64,000 bases of DNA. Origin: an uncultured Eubacteriales bacterium (lineage in GTDB: Bacteria; Bacillota; Clostridia; Oscillospirales; QAKW01). A program made the translations under genes and the position numbers. Below, one piece after another: positions 1 to 9,197 of this stretch. The notes beneath the pieces are model-generated. The model worked only from the letters and a program-made list of their open reading frames with translations, made no database searches and was not told the DNA's origin. Where the stretch lies: NCBI GenBank assembly GCA_902492505.1, contig CABULU010000001.1:7601-71600 (forward strand), in the 5' to 3' direction. Numbering within the stretch: the stretch's first letter is position 1; the number at the start of each line of letters is the position of its first letter.

Positions 1-422
1 ATTTAGAGCTTATTTCAGACAGGGATCTGAATATTTCCTCCAAATACGCCGTTAACAATGTCGGAGAGGACATGGGCAAGCTGGAAAAGGCGGTTGTAAT
101 CATCGACCAAACCGGGGTAGTTCAAGCCGTTCACACATTTCCTCATGCAACCGGCATAAATATTACAGAGCTGGAACGCCAGCTGCTTGCGCTGCAAACG
201 GCACGTTACCAGTTTGCCATGACGCCGAGCGGCTGGACGCCGGGCGACGAGATACTTGAGTATCCGCCGCAGACCGTGTCCTCCGCCGGCAAGAATGTAA
301 CGGAGCGCACGGCGGCGGGCGGCAGGTGCGTGGACTGGTACCTTTGCTACCGCCAGGACTCGGGACTTCGCAAGCCCTCCCCCACCTCCCAGGTGGAAGC
401 TCAAATGCCGAACGTACAGTAA
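1..422 (+). CDS. peroxiredoxin (Prx/AhpC family), C-terminal part; 5' end lies outside the window
   Basis: Frame 3 is open from the window edge to TAA at 420-422. The tail AVVIIDQTGVVQAVH...GWTPGDEILEYPP...RCVDWYLCY resembles the C-terminal region of Prx-type peroxiredoxins. Confidence 0.7.
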   Translation, partial: LELISDRDLNISSKYAVNNVGEDMGKLEKAVVIIDQTGVVQAVHTFPHATGINITELERQLLALQTARYQFAMTPSGWTPGDEILEYPPQTVSSAGKNVTERTAAGGRCVDWYLCYRQDSGLRKPSPTSQVEAQMPNVQ

Positions 423-440
423 AGTTTTCAAAACTTAAAA

Positions 441-470
441 ATACGGACCGTAAAATGGTCCGTATTTTTT
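441..470. terminator. hairpin plus T-run between convergent genes
   Basis: atacggacc (441-449) / ggtccgtat (457-465), followed by a T-run and preceded by an A-run. Confidence 0.7.
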
Positions 471-747
471 ATCCCGATATCAAAATATAAACAAGCGCCA
501 GCACAAGAGGTATATCGGTATCGCTGCTATCACTTATGAGCAAAAAAATTATTCCGAGCAAAAGCAGCTCGTCTCTGCCCACGGATGACAACGAAAATAA
601 CCCGTGCCGTTTCTGTTTTTCAGGCATTTGCACCGTGTTGGGACACACCGCCGCCTCATCACGGCGCGGTCCGTCGGGCGGGGTTTCGGGCGGAAACTCC
701 CGCTCGCCTTTGTGCAGCACCTTATAAAGCTGTCCGTCGGTTTGCAT
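469..747 (-). CDS. hypothetical small protein with a hydrophobic C-terminus
   Basis: 92-aa ORF, last of three co-oriented ORFs. The C-terminal segments LLLLGIIFLLI and IPLVLALVYILI look membrane-like. No family recognised. Confidence 0.35.
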   Translation of the reverse strand: MQTDGQLYKVLHKGEREFPPETPPDGPRRDEAAVCPNTVQMPEKQKRHGLFSLSSVGRDELLLLGIIFLLISDSSDTDIPLVLALVYILISG

Positions 748-886
748 TTAAGTCTCCATTCTGCCGCCGTAATGTCGGCACAGACGCAATCTTATTTTCG
801 AAATTCCCCCGCAAGCGGCGGCGGGTATGCCTGCCTGTGCCGCAGAACGCGGCGGGCGTTAATACAGCCGGCAATAATGCAAAAAA

Positions 887-1609
887 TTATCTGTCGCTGT
901 CATTTTCAAACCCGTCGCGGAAAATATCCAAAACCTTCAGCATGCGCAGCATCTGCGCCGCCTCGTCCACACGCTTTGCGCGCGCCGATGATATGTACGG
1001 CTTTAAGTCGTATAGCAGCCGGGTGCGCTCATCCCCGACGTCGGAGTTCATCGCCGCCACGGCACGCGTCACCTTGAAAAGCATATCGGGGTCAACACCG
1101 GCGGGTAGCAGACCGCCGCCCCCGCCCGAAAGCGCACCGAGCAACCCTGCAAGCTCACCCGATGACGACAGAGCGGAAGAACCGCCGCCCGTTTTCTTTT
1201 CACCGCCTGTCAGCGACCCCAGCAATCCGGCGAGCATGTCGGCATTTACACCGTCTTTATTTTTGCCGCTCGCTATCGACTGCAACAGACCGGACAGAGC
1301 TCCGTCTCCTCCGTTCTTTTGCACTGATTTGTCTTTTTCCGTCTTTGCAAGCGCGCTTTTAAGCCCTCCGAGCGTATCGGGCACCTCGCCCTTTTCACCC
1401 GCAAGAACACGTGCAATTGACGACAGTGCGTCGGGATTACTGCTTATAAGCTCTGCAAGCCCGCCGGACTGCTCCGCGGCTTTTTTATCCGCCTTTTCGG
1501 GTACGAGCGGCGGCTCTTTGCCCTGCCGTCCGTTTAAAAGACCGCGCAGCTTATCGGCGGTCTTCGGATCGGAAAGCAGGTCGCCCAGCATATCGGCAAG
1601 CTCCGCCAT
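887..1609 (-). CDS. hypothetical Gly/Leu/Ser-rich protein
   Basis: 240-aa ORF starting 9 nt after the stop of the upstream ORF. Low-complexity GGLxxLL repeats with an ordered C-terminal segment RTRLLYDLKPYISSARAKRVDEAAQMLRML. Confidence 0.5.
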   Translation of the reverse strand: MAELADMLGDLLSDPKTADKLRGLLNGRQGKEPPLVPEKADKKAAEQSGGLAELISSNPDALSSIARVLAGEKGEVPDTLGGLKSALAKTEKDKSVQKNGGDGALSGLLQSIASGKNKDGVNADMLAGLLGSLTGGEKKTGGGSSALSSSGELAGLLGALSGGGGGLLPAGVDPDMLFKVTRAVAAMNSDVGDERTRLLYDLKPYISSARAKRVDEAAQMLRMLKVLDIFRDGFENDSDR

Positions 1610-1618
1610 AGCTCTCGC

Positions 1619-1894
1619 CTAACCTAAAATATCGCGCAGTTTTTTCTGAACATCATCCCGTGACAGCGCGCGCGAAAGTTCGTTTTTATCGGAAAGTCCG
1701 TTCAGCAGCGCATTTATATCTACTCCCGAAAGCTCCTTTTCCAGCTGCTGCTTTCCGCTTTTTCCCGACAGCATTTTTTTCAGTTTTTTCTGCTGACTGT
1801 CGCTCATTGACTGCTCCAGAGTATTAAGCAGCGCGTCACGCTGCGTCCTGTCCATATTTTTCAGCTCGCTCATTATTTTTTCAATATTATCCAT
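1619..1894 (-). CDS. hypothetical charged helical protein (91 aa)
   Basis: Start trimmed to the ATG at 1892-1894, preceded by AAGGGTGA. The longer track ORF has an implausible basic N-terminus. Confidence 0.5.
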   Translation of the reverse strand: MDNIEKIMSELKNMDRTQRDALLNTLEQSMSDSQQKKLKKMLSGKSGKQQLEKELSGVDINALLNGLSDKNELSRALSRDDVQKKLRDILG

Positions 1895-2026
1895 ACTATC
1901 ACCCTTATAAATGTTTTCTCTATATTTTATGCCGCGCCTTCGTTTATGATACCGCTTTTTTCCGCCTTGACCTTTTGTATATTTGGCTGTATAATAAATA
2001 TGTCGAAATTTCGACAGGGTGAAATT

Positions 2027-2488
2027 ATGAAAATTCTTGTTTTTTCCGATTCTCACGGACATTTAAGCCGCGTGATGGAAATTTATAACAAAACACGATG
2101 TCAAGCCGTTATTTTTTTGGGTGACGGACTGAGAGACGCGCAGGGCCTGTACAGCGTCAGCGGTTCGGTGCCGGTATATATGGTGTGCGGTAACTGCGAC
2201 TTTTTTGCAGGAGGCACTCCCGACACGCAGCTTTTGGAGCTTGAGGGCAGACGTGTGCTTATAACGCACGGTCACCGCCAAAACGTCAAAAGCGGACTGC
2301 TGGAGCTTAAGTCAGCGGCACTGCGCAGTCACGCCGACATCGCGCTTTTCGGACATACGCATCAAAGCCTTTTAACAGAGCAGGACGGGCTGCTTCTTGC
2401 CAATCCCGGCGCCGCATCATGCGGCAAATATGCCGTTTTGACCTTAAGCGACAAAATCGAATTTAAATTCGGGGACATATATGACTAA
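2027..2488 (+). CDS. YfcE/MJ0936-family metallophosphoesterase
   Basis: MKILVFSDSHGH, GDG, GNCD and ITHGH/FGHTH motifs. RBS AGGGTGA lies upstream of the ATG at 2027. Confidence 0.8.
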   Translation: MKILVFSDSHGHLSRVMEIYNKTRCQAVIFLGDGLRDAQGLYSVSGSVPVYMVCGNCDFFAGGTPDTQLLELEGRRVLITHGHRQNVKSGLLELKSAALRSHADIALFGHTHQSLLTEQDGLLLANPGAASCGKYAVLTLSDKIEFKFGDIYD

Positions 2489-2876
2489 AGAGGAAATTAT
2501 AAGAAATTACGGCTCTCTGTCACTGGCGTATATAGGTGACGCGGCATACGAGCTTGCAGCAAGAGAATACCTGCTGAAAAGCGGAATGACCGACAACGGA
2601 AAAATGCACGTAAAAACAAAAACCTTTGTCAGCGCTCACGCTCAGAATTTATTTTTGCAGGTAATAGCTCCGCTTCTTACAGATGACGAGCTTGCGGTGG
2701 TTCGACGCGGACGAAACGTCAAGTCCCGCTCTCATCCAAAAAATGCGGATATCAGCGAATACCACGGCGCTACGGGATTTGAAGCGCTGTGGGGTTATCT
2801 GTATCTTTCGGGAGACAGGGAAAGAATGGCGAATTTGTTTGAAATAATCGTAAATACTAACTTAGAGACGGAGTAA
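2481..2876 (+). CDS. mrnC: mini-ribonuclease III
   Basis: LSLAYIGDAAYEL...HGATGFEALWGYLYL is a typical Mini-III signature; 131 aa. Confidence 0.8.
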   Translation: MTKEEIIRNYGSLSLAYIGDAAYELAAREYLLKSGMTDNGKMHVKTKTFVSAHAQNLFLQVIAPLLTDDELAVVRRGRNVKSRSHPKNADISEYHGATGFEALWGYLYLSGDRERMANLFEIIVNTNLETE

Positions 2877-2905
2877 AATGCTCCGTCAAAGGAGAGTGTT
2901 TTACG

Positions 2906-3784
2906 ATGTTCAAAAATTTTTCGGTCAAAAACTTTTTAAAGGATACCGCGTCGCTAATCGCAGGCGGCACGGTGTTTGCCGCAGGGCTTTGCGTATTTGC
3001 CGCGCCCAACGGAATACTGACGGGAGGGGCGTCGGGAATTGCGATAATCTTAGGCAGCCTTTTCAAAATTCCGCTGGGACTCGGAATAATTATCGTAAAT
3101 ATACCGGTGCTTATCACGGCGTTTTTTGTATGCGGCAAACGTTATACATTTAAAACTCTGTACGCCGTTGTACTGTTTTCAGCCGTAATCGATATTTTTG
3201 AGCTGCTTGTTCCGGCACGCTACGGTGAAAACCCGCTGCTGGGCGCCATTTACGGCGGAATTCTGACCGCAATCGGTCTTTTTATCGTAATGAAGCGATC
3301 CATTGTGACGGGCGGAAGCGACCTTTTGGCGTATATTATACAGCGTTTACGTCCCGGCAGACAGATGGGGACGCTGCTGCTTATCATTGACGGCGTTATT
3401 GCGGCGCTGGGCGCCGTAATTTACAGAAGTCTTGAAACGGCGCTATACTCAATGGTGCTTATAATTATACTCACAATGACACTCAACACTCTGTTGTCGG
3501 GACGTGCGCATGGCGCCGTACACTTTATATTTTCACAGGAAATACAGAATATAAAGGAATGTATCGACAAGGAGCTGGGGCGCGGATGCACCGTCATATG
3601 TGCACGAGGAGGATATAACGACGACCCGCGCGACATAATCATGTGCGCTGTCAACCTGCGCGAATCGGTGCTGCTGCGCCGGCGCGTATTTGAAATAGAC
3701 GACAAGGCGTTTATAATAATCGCCGACGCCGCAAGGGTCTGCGGCAACGGATTTTTAAAGCCTGAAAAAGAGGAAATCTTTTAA
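2906..3784 (+). CDS. YitT-family membrane protein (with a C-terminal DUF2179-like domain)
   Basis: Multi-TM N-terminal part with the GGASGIAIIL motif. The soluble C-terminal domain CTVICARGGYNDDPRDIIMCAV is typical of YitT proteins. Confidence 0.8.
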   Translation: MFKNFSVKNFLKDTASLIAGGTVFAAGLCVFAAPNGILTGGASGIAIILGSLFKIPLGLGIIIVNIPVLITAFFVCGKRYTFKTLYAVVLFSAVIDIFELLVPARYGENPLLGAIYGGILTAIGLFIVMKRSIVTGGSDLLAYIIQRLRPGRQMGTLLLIIDGVIAALGAVIYRSLETALYSMVLIIILTMTLNTLLSGRAHGAVHFIFSQEIQNIKECIDKELGRGCTVICARGGYNDDPRDIIMCAVNLRESVLLRRRVFEIDDKAFIIIADAARVCGNGFLKPEKEEIF

Positions 3785-5073
3785 TGAACATGCTTGAATT
3801 TTTAAAAGATATAACGGATATTGCACCGTTTGTCGGCTCACCGCCGTTTTACGGCGTCAGATTCAACCCTTTGAAGCTGAGCAGACAGCGGTTTGAAGAG
3901 CTGTCTCCGGTTAAAATTACGCCCTGCGGATTTTATTCATGCGGTTACCGCTCGGAAGGCGAGGCGCCCGGCACCCATCCCCTGCACATGGCAGGCGGAT
4001 ATTACATACAGGAGCCCAGTGCGATGAGTGCAATTGCCGCGCTCCAGGCACAGCCGAACGACGTTATACTTGATATGTGCGCCGCACCCGGCTCAAAATC
4101 CACCGCAATCGCCGCGCACTGCGGCGTACTTGTCGCAAACGAAATAAACCCAAAGCGTGTAATGTCCCTCATAGGCAACACGGAACGCATGGGATTATCA
4201 AATACACTTATAACCAACTCCGACAGCGCGATTGTAGCAAAAGCGTTTGAGGGATACTTTGACAAGGTGCTTGTGGACAGCCCCTGTTCCGGAGAAGGCA
4301 TGTTCAGAAAGCATCCCGAAATTCTGCAAAGCTGGACTCCGGAGCTTGTTGAGATGTGTGCGCGCCGATCCCGGACTATTCTGAGCAATGCCGCACGGAC
4401 ATTAAAGCAGGGAGGCAGACTTATATACAGCACCTGCACCTATAATCTTGAGGAAAACGAAATGGTCATTTTAGATTTCCTTGACAATAATCCTGATTTT
4501 GAGCTTACAGACACGGGGCTTAACATCGGCGAAAAAGGGTTTTTGGGGCTGGACCGCGCAAGGCGGATATTTATAAAAAACGGCGGAGAAGGGCATTTTG
4601 TCTGTGCGCTGAAACGGCGTGACCCGCCGCGTTGCAAGGCTTTGGTTAAAGGCTTTGACCTGACGGATCGAGACGATTTTTTAGATGACGTTGTCACGAA
4701 TAAGCTTAAATTTTACAAAAACCATAGCTTTGGAATTATTGAGCATGAGGGCACAAAATACGCAGTACACGACGGACTTCCAAAACCAAGCGGTGTGCGC
4801 ATAATGCGCGCGGGCGTAAAACTCGGCTCATTTGTTTCAAAGACATTTAAGCCGGATCACCATTTGTTTATGACGGCGCACCCGTCGGTACTCCAAACTT
4901 TTGAAACCGACATGGACACGGCAAAAAAATTTCTCCGCGGCGAGCCGCTTTCGGCAAACGCACAGCTCAAGGGCTATACTGCCGTCACTTTTGAGGGGCT
5001 GACGCTGGGGTTCGGCAAGGCGTCAGGCGGAATCATAAAAAATCATCTGCCGCACGGACTGCGGCTTGTTTGA
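3784..5073 (+). CDS. RsmB/RsmF (NOL1/NOP2/Sun) family RNA cytosine-C5 methyltransferase
   Basis: DMCAAPGSKS SAM motif, DSPCSGEGMFRK and YSTCT catalytic Cys motifs. The ATG overlaps the upstream stop. Confidence 0.8.
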   Translation: MNMLEFLKDITDIAPFVGSPPFYGVRFNPLKLSRQRFEELSPVKITPCGFYSCGYRSEGEAPGTHPLHMAGGYYIQEPSAMSAIAALQAQPNDVILDMCAAPGSKSTAIAAHCGVLVANEINPKRVMSLIGNTERMGLSNTLITNSDSAIVAKAFEGYFDKVLVDSPCSGEGMFRKHPEILQSWTPELVEMCARRSRTILSNAARTLKQGGRLIYSTCTYNLEENEMVILDFLDNNPDFELTDTGLNIGEKGFLGLDRARRIFIKNGGEGHFVCALKRRDPPRCKALVKGFDLTDRDDFLDDVVTNKLKFYKNHSFGIIEHEGTKYAVHDGLPKPSGVRIMRAGVKLGSFVSKTFKPDHHLFMTAHPSVLQTFETDMDTAKKFLRGEPLSANAQLKGYTAVTFEGLTLGFGKASGGIIKNHLPHGLRLV

Positions 5074-5107
5074 AATCTTTATACAATATATTAATAAGGA
5101 GATATAA

Positions 5108-6241
5108 ATGAAAAAAAGACTTTTATCTGTTTTATCATTCATAGCGGCGGTAATAACGGCAATGTCGCTTAATACATTTGCATTCGCAGCAGGCAACACG
5201 CTCACCGTGAACAATGCGGCCGATTATATAAGGGACAATCTGTCAAACGGATACTTAAACTTTGGCATAAGCGGCGTTACATATGAAATAACGGGTGAGG
5301 CGCTCAAAGAGTTCTACTACAATTCCGACATTAGATATTATGTTTTTAAGTCGCAGGGCGTCAGTGTTCGCGCCGACAAGAATTCTTTTTTTGATTTCGG
5401 ACTGGAAAAGGCGACCGTAGCTCTGTCACCGAACGGCTTTAACGTAAGCTTTTTTTACCAAAACGGCAGTGAAAAGAAGCTGAGCGAGCTCAGTCTGCCC
5501 GCGTACTATTCTGTACCGTGGGAAAACGCGAACTCACGCACAACGGCAAGCTTTAACGGTGTGACCGTACCCGCACTGTCATACGACGAAGGAATTTTAG
5601 AGTTTGAAACCAAGCTTGTCGGCTCATTTACAATCATAAATTTTGAATTTGCGGATGTTACGGAATCGTTTCGCTGGTACTACAACTACGTAAACTCAGC
5701 CGGTGCATTGGGAATTCTTGACGGCATGGGCGAAAATAATTTTGAGCCGAAGTCAAACGTAACCCGCGCCCAGCTTGCCGCGATGATAGTCAAGGCAACG
5801 CAGGACATCGTAAGCTACCGCATTGACCCCACTCTTTCATTTTCAGACGTACCTGAAGGAAAGTGGTACTACGAATATGTAATGAAATGCGCCGCGCTCG
5901 GAATTGTGGACGGCGTCGGAGATGGAAAATACAATCCGCTTGCAGGCGCAACACGTGAAGAAATCGCAACGGTTATAGCAAGACTTATAAAGATAATCGG
6001 AAAATACGGCAATGAGCCTCTGCCCGAAATCAATTCTCAGACGGTACAGGCAGAGCTTGCGGCAATTTACAGCGACGCGGGCAGTATTCACAACTATGCA
6101 AGAGAATCTGTAATGTTTTGCTATAAGCTGGGCATAATGCAGGGCGACAGCGAAGGCTTCCGCGCCCGCAGCAAAACGGTGCGCTCCGAATGCGCAAAGA
6201 TTTTTTATCTCATAAACCGCGAACTGTCAGACATAAAATAA
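5108..6241 (+). CDS. secreted SLH-domain protein
   Basis: N-terminal signal peptide. SLH-like repeats in the C-terminal half (FADV...WYYNYV...ILDGMGENNFEP..TRAQLAAMI; FSDVPEGKWYYEYV...). Confidence 0.8.
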   Translation: MKKRLLSVLSFIAAVITAMSLNTFAFAAGNTLTVNNAADYIRDNLSNGYLNFGISGVTYEITGEALKEFYYNSDIRYYVFKSQGVSVRADKNSFFDFGLEKATVALSPNGFNVSFFYQNGSEKKLSELSLPAYYSVPWENANSRTTASFNGVTVPALSYDEGILEFETKLVGSFTIINFEFADVTESFRWYYNYVNSAGALGILDGMGENNFEPKSNVTRAQLAAMIVKATQDIVSYRIDPTLSFSDVPEGKWYYEYVMKCAALGIVDGVGDGKYNPLAGATREEIATVIARLIKIIGKYGNEPLPEINSQTVQAELAAIYSDAGSIHNYARESVMFCYKLGIMQGDSEGFRARSKTVRSECAKIFYLINRELSDIK

Positions 6242-6263
6242 AGTAAAAAGACCTATAAAATCA

Positions 6264-6292
6264 TTGAAAACCAACCATATATATGCTAATAT
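6264..6292 (+). promoter_or_regulatory. sigma-A-like promoter
   Basis: TTGAAA (6264-6269), 17 nt spacer, TAATAT (6287-6292), upstream of the TM2 gene. Confidence 0.4.
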
Positions 6293-6322
6293 ATAAATAA
6301 ACTAAAGAGGGAGATTGGATAA

Positions 6323-6739
6323 ATGGCTTTTTGTAAAAATTGTGGAAACGAAATGGATGATTTGGCGGTAGTATGCGTAAAATGCGGCACACCCAAGGGT
6401 GCGGGCGCATCCTTTTGTTCGCACTGCGGCAAGCCGCTTATGCCGGGCGCTACCATTTGCACCGCATGCGGTGTTCCGGTTAATAATACCGCTGCAGCAA
6501 GCGGCAGTGAGCAGAAATCAAAGCTTGCCGCCGGACTTATGGGAATCCTGATAGGCTCGCTGGGGATACATAACTTTTACCTCGGCTATACCACAAAAGC
6601 TGTAATTCAGCTTGTGCTTACTATAGCCACATGCGGAATAGGAGCTGCCGTATCAGGAATCTGGGGTCTTGTAGAAGGTATACTCATTCTTTGCGGCAAT
6701 ATCAACACCGACGCCAAGGGCAACCCGCTCAAAGACTAA
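6323..6739 (+). CDS. zinc-ribbon plus TM2-domain membrane protein
   Basis: Two CxxC pairs repeated at the N-terminus. The C-terminal LGIHNFYLGY motif is typical of TM2 domains. Confidence 0.7.
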   Translation: MAFCKNCGNEMDDLAVVCVKCGTPKGAGASFCSHCGKPLMPGATICTACGVPVNNTAAASGSEQKSKLAAGLMGILIGSLGIHNFYLGYTTKAVIQLVLTIATCGIGAAVSGIWGLVEGILILCGNINTDAKGNPLKD

Positions 6740-6778
6740 GTTTTTAGGCTAACAGGTGCTGAATTAATCTAAACAAAA

Positions 6779-6810
6779 CCGGGCACGGAAAATTTCGTGC
6801 CCGGTTGTTT
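6779..6810. terminator. bidirectional hairpin terminator
   Basis: ccgggcacg (6779-6787) / cgtgcccgg (6795-6803), flanked by A- and T-runs, between convergent genes. Confidence 0.7.
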
Positions 6811-6818
6811 ATTCTTTA

Positions 6819-7931
6819 TCAGCCTATGACATATACATTGACAGTTCTTCTGCCAAAGCTGTAACATTCGCTTTCACTTTCAAGAAAAATATCGATTTTA
6901 TTTCCCTTTATCGCGCCGCCCGTATCTGCCGCGACAGCACTGCCGTAAATATATCTGCCGTCCGAGGTCTCGATATAAAGCTTGGTTCCCAGAGGTATAA
7001 CATTAGGGTCAACCGCAACAATTCCGCGGTAAGGACGGATACCCGTAGCCGTTCTGTTTCCACCGTCATCCCCGTAGGTATACGCCGTTGCAGTCATTGT
7101 ATAAACAGCCTTATAGCTTGAAGGCGTGGAGGAAGTCGTTATCTGAGGCTTTTTCTTTGTGCCTACAAGAACCACCTTATTAACCGCCTCCTTGACGGTC
7201 TGCTCGCTCACGAGCCTGCGCTCGCTCTCATTCCCGTCCACATAGGTCACGGCATAGGTATACTCCACCTTACCGTTTACGCCCTGTGTTTTTACCTTTG
7301 ACTGTCCGACATACAGCTCATCGGTGTTGACCTTTTCCGTCTCATATTCTACGGTTTTTATCTCCTTAACAGTCGCCGAAGAAACTCGGCTTATCTCGAT
7401 AACCGCATCATCCTTCAGAACCGTGTCAAGCGAAACGCTCACGATATCCTCTTCGGATACGCTGATTTCCGCCTTTTCAAGCACGTCGGCAACCGATGCC
7501 TTAACCGTTTTTAAGGTGACCTGTGTACCGTCCGCCTTTACCGTAACGTAAAAAGCGCGGTCGATATATACGCAGCCGCCCTGCGCCGTTACACTGTCCC
7601 CGTCGTAAACCTCGACTCCGGCAAGGTCAAGCCACTGCCCGATATCATTTTTAAGCGTCGTAAATGACGAAAGCTCTTCACCGTCAACAAAAACGGTGAC
7701 CTCGTTTCTTTTAATAAATACCACTGACGTCAGCATCACCGTCGCGGTCAGTGCCGCAGCGAAGGTGAGCATGATCTTGTGACGTTTTGCAAACGATACG
7801 GTCTTTAACTTTCTTATTCCCTTTAATCTGTCAGCAGTTTTACTGAATATATCGAAGGCTTTGTCAAATACTTTTTTTAGTTTAGCTTTGCATATGCCCG
7901 TCGCCTTTTTTACAAGCGATTTAATGTCCAT
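6819..7931 (-). CDS. YabE-like cell-wall protein (DUF348 repeats, G5 domain, C-terminal 3D/RlpA-like domain)
   Basis: N-terminal TM anchor. G5-like segment VGQSKVKTQGVNGK. C-terminal ATAYTYGDDGGNRTATG...VAVDPNVIPLGTKLYIE is typical of 3D domains. Confidence 0.8.
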   Translation of the reverse strand: MDIKSLVKKATGICKAKLKKVFDKAFDIFSKTADRLKGIRKLKTVSFAKRHKIMLTFAAALTATVMLTSVVFIKRNEVTVFVDGEELSSFTTLKNDIGQWLDLAGVEVYDGDSVTAQGGCVYIDRAFYVTVKADGTQVTLKTVKASVADVLEKAEISVSEEDIVSVSLDTVLKDDAVIEISRVSSATVKEIKTVEYETEKVNTDELYVGQSKVKTQGVNGKVEYTYAVTYVDGNESERRLVSEQTVKEAVNKVVLVGTKKKPQITTSSTPSSYKAVYTMTATAYTYGDDGGNRTATGIRPYRGIVAVDPNVIPLGTKLYIETSDGRYIYGSAVAADTGGAIKGNKIDIFLESESECYSFGRRTVNVYVIG

Positions 7932-8171
7932 AAAAAACTCCTTTTTGTTTTGTAAAGACCGAATAATTACAAATCGATTACAAAACTGTTACACATTGTA
8001 GCAGAAACCCGCAAAAAAATCAAGTCTTTTTTTAGTTTTGTTACTACTACGAAACTAATTATATACAGATTTTTGCCTTTTTATTCTTCTTTACATTATA
8101 TTGAGGATAATATTTACATATTAACAAAAAAATGGTAACGGTTTTTTGCCACAGTTTTGGACCCGTATAGG

Positions 8172-8200
8172 TTGACATTTTGCTGCGGTTATTGTAATCT
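8172..8200 (+). promoter_or_regulatory. sigma-A-like promoter
   Basis: TTGACA (8172-8177), 17 nt spacer, TAATCT (8195-8200). Confidence 0.45.
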
Positions 8201-8227
8201 TTATATATCAGATAAGGAGTGTATCAG

Positions 8228-9142
8228 ATGAAGCTTAAACGAATTCTTTGTTTTGTAATTATATTTGCGCTGACGGCGGTGCTTTTTGGCTGTTCAGGTT
8301 CAAAAGCACCGACTGAAGATGAGCCCGAGCCTTACACGCCCCCCGAACCGCAAAGCGTCACCGTTACCGATTCGGACGGCAGAACGGTGACCACCTCCCA
8401 AACAAACGGAGACATTATATCCGTAGGATATGAGTCGACCTCACTGCTTATCGCGCTTGGAGCAAAGGGCAGGATAACAGGTGTGCAAATGCTTGACGAT
8501 TCCCTTCCCCTCTTAAAAAAAGCTTACCCCGAAATTGAAAATTTACCCGCCGTTACCGATAAAAACGGTAAAATACTGACGGACAAAATAAAAGAGCAAA
8601 ATCCCGGGCTTGTAATTTTGACAGGAGATTACGCCTCATACCTTGAGGAACTGGAAAGTGCAGGACTTACCGTTGCGATTGTGAGATTTGAGACGGTAGA
8701 GCAAGTAAAAAGCTCGGCAGAGCTGATAGGCCGCCTGTCCAACACAGACGGAACGGCTGAGCAGCTGAGCGCGTTTTATGACAGTGCGCTGACACGGTTG
8801 AAGACACTTACCATGACAGAGGATAAAAAGACTGTCACGGTGTACAACAACGACCCTATACTTACAGAGCTCTTGTCCTATCTTAACTGCGAGCTCTCTC
8901 CGCAGGGCGAATATACAGTGGCAAAGGCTGCAGATAATGTAAACGGTGCAATAACCGCACCGTCAGGAATCGAACCGTGGGATGAGCCGTCCGTCGCTTT
9001 GGTTCTTGGATTGTATTGGTATGCATGCAAGCTGTTCCCCAACGCCGTGTCTGTTGACGAGGCGACTCAAAAGGCTATAAACTTTTACGCGGACTTTTAC
9101 GGTGTGAAGTTCACAGCCCAAGACCTTGGCATAAATGAGTAA
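8228..9142 (+). CDS. lipoprotein, ABC-type substrate-binding protein (iron-siderophore/cobalamin-like class)
   Basis: Start moved to ATG 8228 (AAGGAG at 8214-8219). Lipobox LFGC. The body resembles periplasmic binding protein type 2. No permease or ATPase gene is adjacent. Confidence 0.6.
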   Translation: MKLKRILCFVIIFALTAVLFGCSGSKAPTEDEPEPYTPPEPQSVTVTDSDGRTVTTSQTNGDIISVGYESTSLLIALGAKGRITGVQMLDDSLPLLKKAYPEIENLPAVTDKNGKILTDKIKEQNPGLVILTGDYASYLEELESAGLTVAIVRFETVEQVKSSAELIGRLSNTDGTAEQLSAFYDSALTRLKTLTMTEDKKTVTVYNNDPILTELLSYLNCELSPQGEYTVAKAADNVNGAITAPSGIEPWDEPSVALVLGLYWYACKLFPNAVSVDEATQKAINFYADFYGVKFTAQDLGINE

Positions 9143-9197
9143 AAACAAACGCTTCAAAGATTTACCGTAGATAAAACAAAAAAGGTGCTTAATAAAT

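Noticed and set aside
15-431. 138-aa minus-strand ORF at the window start
   Set aside because: It is antisense to the peroxiredoxin 3' end, whose translation has clear family motifs. The Gly/Arg/Ala-rich sequence looks like a shadow ORF.
585-1622. 345-aa plus-strand ORF, rich in Pro, Ser and Ala
   Set aside because: It is the mirror image of the 887-1609 minus-strand gene. It has no RBS and the low-complexity composition typical of antisense frames. The minus-strand ORF has translational coupling and an ordered C-terminal motif.
7932-8227. Possible c-di-AMP (ydaO-type) riboswitch upstream of the YabE-like gene, or cobalamin riboswitch upstream of the binding protein
   Set aside because: The spacer is AT-rich and lacks the GC-rich conserved helices and motifs of either class. 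Only a promoter-like element and a small hairpin are visible.
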